From the NCBI GenBank assembly GCA_938084645.1, contig CALKEP010000047.1, positions 1-49,665 on the forward strand: a stretch of DNA of 49,665 nucleotides, in the 5' to 3' direction. Position 1 is the stretch's first letter, and every line of letters starts with the position of its first letter. This DNA comes from an uncultured Phycisphaerales bacterium (GTDB lineage Bacteria > Planctomycetota > Phycisphaerae > Phycisphaerales > SM1A02). The position numbers were made by a program, and so were the translations under genes. The notes under the pieces are model-generated. The model did not search any database. It had not been told where the DNA came from and saw only the letters and a list, made by a program, of their open reading frames with translations. Shown in pieces: positions 1 to 9,521 of this stretch.

Positions 1-735
1 CTGTTCGACGCACTGGCCGTCGCGGGGGTCCAGGACGAGACCTACGCCGCGCGATTCCGGTCGATGGGATTGACGCCCGATCGAGTCGTTGTCACGGGCT
101 CGATGAAATGGGACACCGCCCGGATCACCGACACCGTGGACGGCGCCGCGGAACTCGGCGCGGCACTCGGCATCGACCCGGCGAAGCCGCTCGTCGTCGC
201 GGGCAGCACCGCCCCGGAGGAACATCGGCTGCTCCACGAGGCGATCCCGGCGGGCGTCCAGCTCCTCTGCGCACCACGAAAGCCCGAATGGTTCGACGCG
301 GCGGCCCGCGATCTTCCCGGCTGCGTCCGCCGAAGCCGTGGGGAACGCGGCGACGGTGAAGAACGGTTCCTGCTCGACACCATCGGTGAACTGCGAGCCG
401 CCTACGGGCTCGCGGACGTCGTCGTGGTGGGCCGCACCTTCGTCGACCTCGGAGGCTCCGACATGATCGAACCGATCGCACTCGGCAAACCCGTGGTGGT
501 GGGGCCCGATGTCGCGAACTTCGAAGCGATCGCCGACGAACTCCTCGCCGCCGAAGGGCTGGTCCAGTGCGACCGGGCCGGGTTGCCCGCGACTATCCGG
601 GCCCTGCTCGACGATCCCGATCGAGTCGTTCGACTGGTGGATCGGGGACGGGCCCACATCCGTGAGCGACAGGGTGCGACGGCCACCCACGCCGAACTGC
701 TCGCGGGTCTCGCCACGCGGAAAAACGCGAGATGA
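1..735 (+). CDS. waaA: 3-deoxy-D-manno-octulosonic acid (Kdo) transferase, 5'-truncated by the window edge
   Basis: Frame is open from base 1. Motifs TGSMKWD, VAGST..EE, APRKPE, LLDTIGELRAAY, GG..MIEP...GKPVVVGP...NF are typical of the WaaA C-terminal GT-B domain. Confidence 0.88.
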   Translation: MFDALAVAGVQDETYAARFRSMGLTPDRVVVTGSMKWDTARITDTVDGAAELGAALGIDPAKPLVVAGSTAPEEHRLLHEAIPAGVQLLCAPRKPEWFDAAARDLPGCVRRSRGERGDGEERFLLDTIGELRAAYGLADVVVVGRTFVDLGGSDMIEPIALGKPVVVGPDVANFEAIADELLAAEGLVQCDRAGLPATIRALLDDPDRVVRLVDRGRAHIRERQGATATHAELLAGLATRKNAR

Positions 736-1685
736 ACGACCATCCGCTTTCGGAATCCGAACTCCACCGCCACTTCGGCCGCCGTGGGCGAGACCTGCCC
801 GGCCGGGTGCTGCTCCCGCCCGGCGACGACATGGCGATGCTGGAATTGGACGCGACGGCGAGAATCCTCATCGCCGCCGATCAGGTCGTGATCGGTCGCC
901 ACGTGCGGGCCGATGAAGCGCCCGAGGTCATCGGCCGCAAGGCGGTACTCCGCAACCTCAGCGACGTCGCGGCGATGGCCGCTCGTCCGCTCGCGATCCT
1001 CGCGACCGCCACGCTGTCCCCCGATCGCGACCAACGGTGGGCCGAGGCATTGCATGCGGGCCTCCACGAGGCCGGACTCGCCTTCGACGCACCGCTCATC
1101 GGCGGCGATCTCGCGATCCACGCCCGCTCCGGGACGCCCGACGTGGTCAGCGTGACGATCCTCGCCCGCCCCGGCGGGCCGGACGACCGCGTCGTCACCC
1201 GACATGGCGCGTCCGCCGGGGATCTGCTCGCGGTCACCGGCCGGCTCGGCGGGAGTCTCACCGAGGACGGCCGCGGTCGACATCTCGATTTTCCACCTCG
1301 GATCGAGGAAGCGCTGGCGCTGAAGGCCGTCCTGGGCGAGGACCTCGTCGCGATGATGGACGTCTCCGACGGGGTCGCCCGCGATGCCGCCCGGCTCGCG
1401 AACACCGACGGCATCGGCGTCCGACTGGACGCCGATCGAATTCCCTGCAATCCGGGCTGCGACTGGCGGGCGGCGATCGGCGACGGCGAGGATTACGAAC
1501 TTCTCTTCGCGTGCCGACGGCAACCGCCCGGCGAGGTCGAAGGCCTCCCGGTCACGGTCATCGGCAGGTTCGAATCGACGCCGGGGACTTCCGGCCGGGT
1601 CCTCGTCGACGCCGACGGCGAGTCGATCGACGTCGGCGGGCTCGGCTGGGAACATGCCGGCAACACGACGGACCGAACGGGATAG
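732..1685 (+). CDS. thiL: Thiamine-monophosphate kinase
   Basis: GDDMA, NLSDVAAMAA, IGGD, DVSDG and GEDYELLF motifs; ATGA overlap with waaA. Confidence 0.92.
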   Translation: MNDHPLSESELHRHFGRRGRDLPGRVLLPPGDDMAMLELDATARILIAADQVVIGRHVRADEAPEVIGRKAVLRNLSDVAAMAARPLAILATATLSPDRDQRWAEALHAGLHEAGLAFDAPLIGGDLAIHARSGTPDVVSVTILARPGGPDDRVVTRHGASAGDLLAVTGRLGGSLTEDGRGRHLDFPPRIEEALALKAVLGEDLVAMMDVSDGVARDAARLANTDGIGVRLDADRIPCNPGCDWRAAIGDGEDYELLFACRRQPPGEVEGLPVTVIGRFESTPGTSGRVLVDADGESIDVGGLGWEHAGNTTDRTG

Positions 1686-1696
1686 ACTTCCTCACG

Positions 1697-2374
1697 ATGA
1701 AGCGTGACGACCGATTCATCCGGGTCGAGACCCGGGACGAGGAGGGCACCGAACGGGTCGGCGAAGTGATCGCCGAGACCGCGCCCCGGCCCGTATGCAT
1801 CGCACTCGAGGGCGACCTCGGTGCGGGCAAGACGCGTTTCGCGCGTGGACTCGCGCGTGGACTCGGAATTCCCGAAACGGCGATCACCTCACCGACGTTC
1901 GTCGTCCACGTCGAGCACTTCGGCCCGCACGGAGCGCTGTCCCATCTGGACGCGTATCGCCTGCAGGGCACCGAGGAACTCGAGGCGATCGGATTCGACG
2001 AACTTCTCGCCGACCGGGAACGCATCGTCGCGATCGAATGGGCCTCGAAGATCGCAGACGCGCTGCCGAAGGATCGAATCGAGGTGCGGATCGATCATCG
2101 AGGCGAACATCTTCGCGGCCTGACCATCGCCGATCACCGGCCCGACGACGCCGCTCGCCGCCGGCTTGAAGCCGCCCTCGAAGCCCGATGCGATGGACGT
2201 TCCTTCACCGTCGACGCCGATCGCCACTGCCCGGCGTGCGGCGCACCGGTCGAGATCGAACGCTGCCGACCCTTCTGCTCGCCAAGGTGTCGACTCGCGG
2301 ATCTCGAGAAGTGGTTCGGAGGCGACTACGCGATCTCGCGTCCGATCGAAATCGACGACGAATTGATGGACTGA
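1697..2374 (+). CDS. tsaE: tRNA t6A biosynthesis ATPase TsaE fused to a C-terminal YacG (DNA gyrase inhibitor) zinc finger
   Basis: TsaE motifs LEGDLGAGKT, SPTF, HLDAYRL and IEW, followed in frame by CPAC...RPFCSPRCRLADLEKW...YAI (YacG signature). Start taken as ATG 1697, 8 nt after TAGACT. Confidence 0.88.
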   Translation: MKRDDRFIRVETRDEEGTERVGEVIAETAPRPVCIALEGDLGAGKTRFARGLARGLGIPETAITSPTFVVHVEHFGPHGALSHLDAYRLQGTEELEAIGFDELLADRERIVAIEWASKIADALPKDRIEVRIDHRGEHLRGLTIADHRPDDAARRRLEAALEARCDGRSFTVDADRHCPACGAPVEIERCRPFCSPRCRLADLEKWFGGDYAISRPIEIDDELMD

Positions 2375-2407
2375 CGACTCGATCGAACGAGGCATCAAAC
2401 CGCCGCG

Positions 2408-2899
2408 TCAGCCGGTGGTGGTCTCGGCCTCTGCGGCGTCGACCGATTCGTCTTCGTCTTCCGGGCTCATCGCGAAGATCTGGAAGCGATGGCCGACCGC
2501 CTTCCACCCCAGTTCGGCACAGATCCGGTCGCGGACCTCGACGAGTTCCGGACTCTGGAAATCGATCGCCCGTCCGGTTCGAAGACAGACCATGACGTCC
2601 TGCGGCTGCTTTCCGTAGATCAGCTGGAAGTGGGACTGCTTGGAATCGAACAACGCCTGCGTGATGATTCCCGCCTCCTGGAGGAGTCGAAGCGTGCGGT
2701 AGATCGTCGCCTTCGAGACGCGATGACCCCGCTGCCGCATCGCGAGCAGCAACTCCTCCGCCTCGAACGGACCGTCGTGGTCGATGATCGACTGGAGCAC
2801 GTCGGCCCGCTCCGTGGTGTACTTCAGGCCCCGACTTCGGAGGAACCGCCTGAACACGGAGCACAGCGGCATCAGGATCGCAGGTGTGGCGTCGTCCAT
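2408..2899 (-). CDS. Fur-family transcriptional regulator with atypical metal-ligand residues
   Basis: GLKYTTERADVL...AEELL...VSKATIYRTLRLLQEAG winged helix; C-terminal IDF and GHRFQIFA. Confidence 0.85.
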   Translation of the reverse strand: MDDATPAILMPLCSVFRRFLRSRGLKYTTERADVLQSIIDHDGPFEAEELLLAMRQRGHRVSKATIYRTLRLLQEAGIITQALFDSKQSHFQLIYGKQPQDVMVCLRTGRAIDFQSPELVEVRDRICAELGWKAVGHRFQIFAMSPEDEDESVDAAEAETTTG

Positions 2900-2905
2900 T
2901 CGATC

Positions 2906-2955
2906 AGTATAGAACCTCGAACCACGACCGCGATCCGGCCGGGAACCCGTAGACT
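2906..2955. promoter_or_regulatory. Back-to-back -10 hexamers (TATACT on -, TAGACT on +), each 6 nt from its start codon
   Basis: agtata at 2906-2911 lies 6 nt from the fur ATG (2899). tagact at 2950-2955 lies 6 nt from the glycosyltransferase ATG (2962). Confidence 0.6.
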
Positions 2956-2961
2956 TCGCGA

Positions 2962-4203
2962 ATGACCATGCAGGTACTGGCTTTCCAACCCTGGGACGGA
3001 GGATCGCATCGAGCCGTTCGTCGCTCGATCGAACGTCATGCCGATCATGGATGGACCTTCCGAACCATGCCGGGCCGCGGCCCGAGATGGCGTCTCCGGC
3101 TGGCCGGGCTCGCATTCGCCACCGAGGAACGAAGGCGATTGACGGTGGGGGAGTCGCCGAAGGCGGATGCCATCTTCGCGACGAGCATGCTTTCACTTTC
3201 CGATCTGCGGGCGACCCTGCCACCACGACTCCGCGCGCGACCGCACGTCCTCTACATGCACGAGAACCAGCTCGCGTATCCGGCGTCTCCGAAGACCAAC
3301 GCGAAGGATCGGGAACGAGACACGCATCTCGCGTTCACCAATCTCGCCTCGATCGAGGCCGCCGATCGAGTCATCTGGAACTCGGCGTGGAATCGACGCT
3401 CGTTCATCGAAGGAATGGAGGCCCTGCTTGCCCACGCTCCGGAGCCGATCGACGCCGGCTGGCGGGATCGTCTCGAACGACACAGCGTGGTGATTCCGCC
3501 CCCGGTCGAACCACTCGGCGCTGGCGATCCGAGCGGCGCTGAAGACGAGCCATCCGATGATGGCATGCCCACCACGGTTTTACATAACACGTCACTTGCG
3601 GATTATCCGGACGCCGTTCGCGTCGTCTGGCCGCATCGCTGGGAACACGACAAGGGCTGCGATGAACTCCTCGAGATCGCGAACGACGCCCGGCGACGCG
3701 AAGCCAACGGCGGCCCGAGACTCCACTGGCTTCTCCTCGGCCAGCCGTTTCAACGGCTTCCCGAGTCGATGCGGATGATGCTCGACCGTCACGCCGATCG
3801 GATCGAACACGCGGGTCGGCTGCCCCGGGCCGAGTACGTCCGGGCGCTGCAACGCGCCGACTGGGTGCTTTCGACCGCACAACACGAGTTCTACGGGATC
3901 GCGGTCGCCGAAGCACTTTTCGCAGGCTGCCTGCCGTGGTTGCCTGATCGACTGAGCTATCCGGAGCTCGTCCCAGCGGACGCCCTCGGACTCGATCCGT
4001 GGAACACCGACTTTCGAACCGTTCACCCCGGGGGTCAGGCCGATTTTCACGCGGAACTGCATCGACGAATCGCCAGACGACTGGAGCCGGCGATGGCGAA
4101 CGTCGCCGTCGCCAGGCTGGAGTCCGTCATCCGTGATGTGATCAACAGCGCGGAGGTCGAGGCCACGGGGCGCGAATCACATTCGACCGAACGGCGTGAT
4201 TGA
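2962..4203 (+). CDS. DUF3524/GTDC1-like GT4-type glycosyltransferase (homolog of tRNA-queuosine mannosyltransferase)
   Basis: GGSH, WRLR, YMHENQLAYP, WPHRWEHDKG, HEFYGIAVAEA and PDRLSYPE motifs. Confidence 0.82.
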   Translation: MTMQVLAFQPWDGGSHRAVRRSIERHADHGWTFRTMPGRGPRWRLRLAGLAFATEERRRLTVGESPKADAIFATSMLSLSDLRATLPPRLRARPHVLYMHENQLAYPASPKTNAKDRERDTHLAFTNLASIEAADRVIWNSAWNRRSFIEGMEALLAHAPEPIDAGWRDRLERHSVVIPPPVEPLGAGDPSGAEDEPSDDGMPTTVLHNTSLADYPDAVRVVWPHRWEHDKGCDELLEIANDARRREANGGPRLHWLLLGQPFQRLPESMRMMLDRHADRIEHAGRLPRAEYVRALQRADWVLSTAQHEFYGIAVAEALFAGCLPWLPDRLSYPELVPADALGLDPWNTDFRTVHPGGQADFHAELHRRIARRLEPAMANVAVARLESVIRDVINSAEVEATGRESHSTERRD

Positions 4204-4396
4204 CGATGGTGGTGACGATGGGGTTCGACGACCGGAGATTCCGCATGCGGCCCCGGGTCGCGTGCGACACGCGTCGCGTCTCGGGCGGACGTCCCGGGGA
4301 TCGCATCGGTCATGAGACACGAGGCCGCTGGCCGATACCCGAGGCGGCGGACCGATCCGGGCCTGGAGCCCGTCCCCGGCCCTGAATCCGGAATGG

Positions 4397-4424
4397 AACG
4401 CCGATAATCTGTGTTATGTAAAAT
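4397..4424 (+). other. dif: dif site (XerC/XerD chromosome dimer resolution site)
   Basis: AACGCCGATAA-TCTGTG-TTATGTAAAAT has the 11-6-11 architecture of E. coli dif (GGTGCGCATAA-TGTATA-TTATGTTAAAT). It is an AT-rich island between convergent genes. Confidence 0.8.
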
Positions 4425-4494
4425 CAACAAGGCGCTGACGGTGGGCCGGTTTCCCGCAGGATCACCGTTCACGGATCGCGTCCCCTGCTCGACG

Positions 4495-5808
4495 TCAACC
4501 CTCGGGCGGCTCGTCCGCGTGGCCGGCGAGCCCGAGTGATGGCCCGCCTTCGGCCGCTGCATCCAACCCGAACGCCTCGTGGACCGCGCTCAGTGCGATC
4601 TCTCCCCGGTCCTGCGGGACGAGACATGAGATTCGGATCTCGCTCGTCGTGATGTTGAGGATCGGGACCGACGAATCCGCCAGCGCCTCGAACATCCGAC
4701 CCGCGACCCCGACGGTGCTCCGCATTCCGGAGCCGACCACCGAAACCTTCGCCAGGCCGATCTCCACGTCGATGCCGACCGACGTCGCCTCGTCCGGCGG
4801 AAATCGGTCCACCACGGATCGGACCGTGTCCCGCGCCGCCGGCAGATCCGCGAGATCGACCGTGAAGGCGAGCGAGATCGACGTCGCGTCGGCGGTCTGC
4901 ACGATGTCGTCGACCATCACGCCCGCCGAGGCGAGCGCCGAGAAGATCGCCGACTGCGGACCGGCGCCGACCGAGAGGCCGGACACGCCGATCCGTCCAA
5001 GCTCGCGACGCAACGCACATCCCACCACCGAATTCCGTTCCATGCCGTCGACCTCCCGAAGAATCACCGTTCCCGGCCCGCCGTGCTGGCTGTGCAGCAC
5101 CCGCAGCGGGACGTCGTAACGTCGGGCGAAGACGACCGCCCGTTCCTGAAGCACCCCCGCACCGACCGCGGCCAGTTCGAGCATCTCGTCCGAGCCGATC
5201 ACATCGAGACGACGTGCCTCGCCGACGATCCGCGGATCCGCGGTGTGGATCCCGTCGACGTCGGTGTGGATCTCGCAACCGCCGCCGGTCGCACCGGCGT
5301 CGAGCGCCGCGGCGATCGCGACCGCGGTGGTGTCGGACCCGCCCCGGCCGATCGTCGTGATCTCGCCGTTCGACGATCCACCCTGGAAACCCGCGACGAC
5401 CGGCACCCGCCCTTCCGACATCAGGTCCAGCAACCGGGTGGGATCGATGGTGAGGATGCGGGCGCGGCCGTGATGCGGATCGGTGCGGATACCCGCCTCT
5501 CGCCCGCCGAGCGGGGTCGCCTTCGTGTTCCGCTGCGCGAGCGCCATGGCCATCATCGCGGTGCTCGCAAGCTCACCCGTCGCGAGCAACAGGTCCAGGG
5601 CGCGAGGATCCGGCTCGCCACCCAGGGATCCGGCGAGATCGAGCAGCCGATCCGTGGTTCGACCCATGGCCGAGACCACCACCACCACCCGGTAACCGCG
5701 TTCGATCGCCGCCACCACGCGGTCGGCGCAGACCTCCAGCCGGGCGGGGTCGGCGAGCGACGACCCGCCGAATTTCTGGACCAGGATGGGCCTTCCGTCG
5801 AGGGACAT
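4495..5808 (-). CDS. lysC: Aspartate kinase with two ACT domains
   Basis: VQKFGGSS, VVVVSAMG, GRGGSDTTA, TDVDG and ITTSEIRIS motifs. Confidence 0.95.
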   Translation of the reverse strand: MSLDGRPILVQKFGGSSLADPARLEVCADRVVAAIERGYRVVVVVSAMGRTTDRLLDLAGSLGGEPDPRALDLLLATGELASTAMMAMALAQRNTKATPLGGREAGIRTDPHHGRARILTIDPTRLLDLMSEGRVPVVAGFQGGSSNGEITTIGRGGSDTTAVAIAAALDAGATGGGCEIHTDVDGIHTADPRIVGEARRLDVIGSDEMLELAAVGAGVLQERAVVFARRYDVPLRVLHSQHGGPGTVILREVDGMERNSVVGCALRRELGRIGVSGLSVGAGPQSAIFSALASAGVMVDDIVQTADATSISLAFTVDLADLPAARDTVRSVVDRFPPDEATSVGIDVEIGLAKVSVVGSGMRSTVGVAGRMFEALADSSVPILNITTSEIRISCLVPQDRGEIALSAVHEAFGLDAAAEGGPSLGLAGHADEPPEG

Positions 5809-5838
5809 GCGGGCTCCGGCGCTGGGACGCCCCCGAGC

Positions 5839-7704
<1,866 letters not shown>

Positions 7705-7829
7705 GGAATCTCCTGCCGGGCCGGGCCCGGTCGATGCGGCGAGCCCCACAGTGTAGCGGGAACGCGGCCCGATCACCCCCCCCACACTCGTGGTCGGCAC
7801 CGCGTCCGCCCGGATTCCAAGGCCGTGGT

Positions 7830-9350
7830 TCAGATCCCGTAGAGCGGCCGGAACTTGCCCTCGAGATAACGCATCAGCGGATCCGCGGAGAGCGGTCGAC
7901 CGGTGATCCGCTCGCAGAGCTGGGCCGGGGAATACCGACGCCCGTGGACGTGGATGTTGCTTCGCAGCCAATCCAGCAACCCCGAGAACCGACCGTCCGC
8001 GAATCCGTCGACGAGCCCCGGCATCACCTCGCACGCGTGCTCGAAGATCTGGGCGCAGTACAGGTTCCCTAGGGTGTAGGTCGGGAAGTAGCCGAGCGCC
8101 CCCATCGACCAGTGGACGTCCTGCAGACACCCGCGACGATCGTCCGGAACCTCGAGTCCCAGGTAGTCTCGATACGCGGCGTTCCAGGCCTCCGGAACAC
8201 CCGCGGGCTCGAGGTCGCCGGTGAGCATCGCCCGTTCGAGTTCGAAGCGAATCATGACGTGCATGTTGTAGGTCGCCTCATCCGCTTCAACGCGGATGAA
8301 ACCGGGGGCGACCCGGTTCGCCGATTCGAAGGCGGCCCGGGCGTCGATGCCGGCGACCGCCTCCCCGAAGTGACGCTCGAGAAGCGGTGTGGCGAAACGC
8401 CAGAACGACTCGCTGCGGCCGACCTGGTTCTCCCACATCCGGCTCTGGCTCTCGTGGATGCCCAGCGAGACGCTGGAACCGCAGGGCGTGCCGAACGCCT
8501 CGTAGCGAAGCCCCTGCTCGTACATCGCATGCCCCGACTCGTGCATCGTCGAACTCACCGCGTCGGTGAGCATCGCATCGTGGAATCGCGTGGTCATCCG
8601 GACGTCGTCGCAATGCGAACCACCGCAGAACGGGTGGGTCGACACGTCGAGCCGACCTCGCTCCCGGTCGAAGCCGATGCGTTCCGCGACGTCGAGACAG
8701 AACCGCATCTGGTCGTCCCTCCCCAGTTCGATCCCGTCCAGCCGCGCGTCCGGCTGCACCCCGGACGCGACGATCTCCGCGATCAGGTCGCGAAGCCGGT
8801 CCCGGAGCGGAACGAAGACCTCGGCCACACCGGCCGCGGTGCATCCCGGCTCGTAGTCCTCCGCGAGCGCATCCCACGGTTCGCCACCCTCGGCCCACCC
8901 GTAGCAGTCGGCCTTGCGACGGCAGATGTCCACCGTCTTCTCGAGCCACGGCAGGAACCGCTTGAAGTCGTTGTCGTTCCGCGCCTCCGCCCACTCGTGC
9001 TGGGCGGCGCTCGCGGTCTCCGCCTGTTCCTGAACCAGGGACGCGGGCAGCCGTACCGCGCGGTCGTGGTCGTGCCGGATGTTCCGCACGTTCGCCGCGG
9101 CCTCGGTGTCGGCCGTCAGGTCCATCTCCGATTCACACGCCGAGAGAAGGTCGGCGACCTCCGACGACGTCATGCGCTCGTGACCGAGACGCGCCAGGAG
9201 CGAGAGCTGCTTCGCGCGGTGCGTGGCACCACCCGACGGCATCATCGTCTCCTGATCCCAGCCGATCAGTCCGCCGATCGAACCCAGTACCGCCTCCTCG
9301 TTGAGGATCTCGAGAAGTCGTTCGTACGATGCGGTCGCGGTCGTGCTCAT
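7830..9350 (-). CDS. M32 family carboxypeptidase (carboxypeptidase Taq)
   Basis: HPF, HESGHAMYEQ, HESQSRMWEN, IRVEADE, GCLQDVHW and GYFPTYTLG motifs. Confidence 0.95.
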   Translation of the reverse strand: MSTTATASYERLLEILNEEAVLGSIGGLIGWDQETMMPSGGATHRAKQLSLLARLGHERMTSSEVADLLSACESEMDLTADTEAAANVRNIRHDHDRAVRLPASLVQEQAETASAAQHEWAEARNDNDFKRFLPWLEKTVDICRRKADCYGWAEGGEPWDALAEDYEPGCTAAGVAEVFVPLRDRLRDLIAEIVASGVQPDARLDGIELGRDDQMRFCLDVAERIGFDRERGRLDVSTHPFCGGSHCDDVRMTTRFHDAMLTDAVSSTMHESGHAMYEQGLRYEAFGTPCGSSVSLGIHESQSRMWENQVGRSESFWRFATPLLERHFGEAVAGIDARAAFESANRVAPGFIRVEADEATYNMHVMIRFELERAMLTGDLEPAGVPEAWNAAYRDYLGLEVPDDRRGCLQDVHWSMGALGYFPTYTLGNLYCAQIFEHACEVMPGLVDGFADGRFSGLLDWLRSNIHVHGRRYSPAQLCERITGRPLSADPLMRYLEGKFRPLYGI

Positions 9351-9458
9351 GTCGTTTGATTCCAGTCGGACGCGGACGGCCCGTTCCGACGACCGGGCCT
9401 GAATCGACCATCATAGGATCGAGCGACCGAACCCGGCAGCGACCGGTCCTCACGCACG

Positions 9459-9494
9459 AAAAAGCCGCCCGCCGGAATCGGCGAGCGGCTTCTT
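9459..9494 (-). terminator. Intrinsic terminator after the ankyrin/DUF1573 gene
   Basis: aagccgcccgccg-gaat-cggcgagcggctt hairpin with an A-run on its left, which is a U-tract on the minus strand. Confidence 0.7.
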
Positions 9495-9521
9495 GAATCT
9501 TCCTGATGATCGGCCGTCGAC

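Noticed and set aside
1037..1696. Long N-terminal extensions in the ORF track (tsaE from 1037, sdhA from 30090, sdhB from 34241, typA from 8130, aminotransferase from 21706)
   Set aside because: They overlap neighbouring genes and are Arg-rich nonsense. Family homology and RBS or -10 positions support the shorter starts.
5809..5838. Lysine riboswitch upstream of lysC
   Set aside because: Only 30 bp separate typA and lysC, so there is no room for one.
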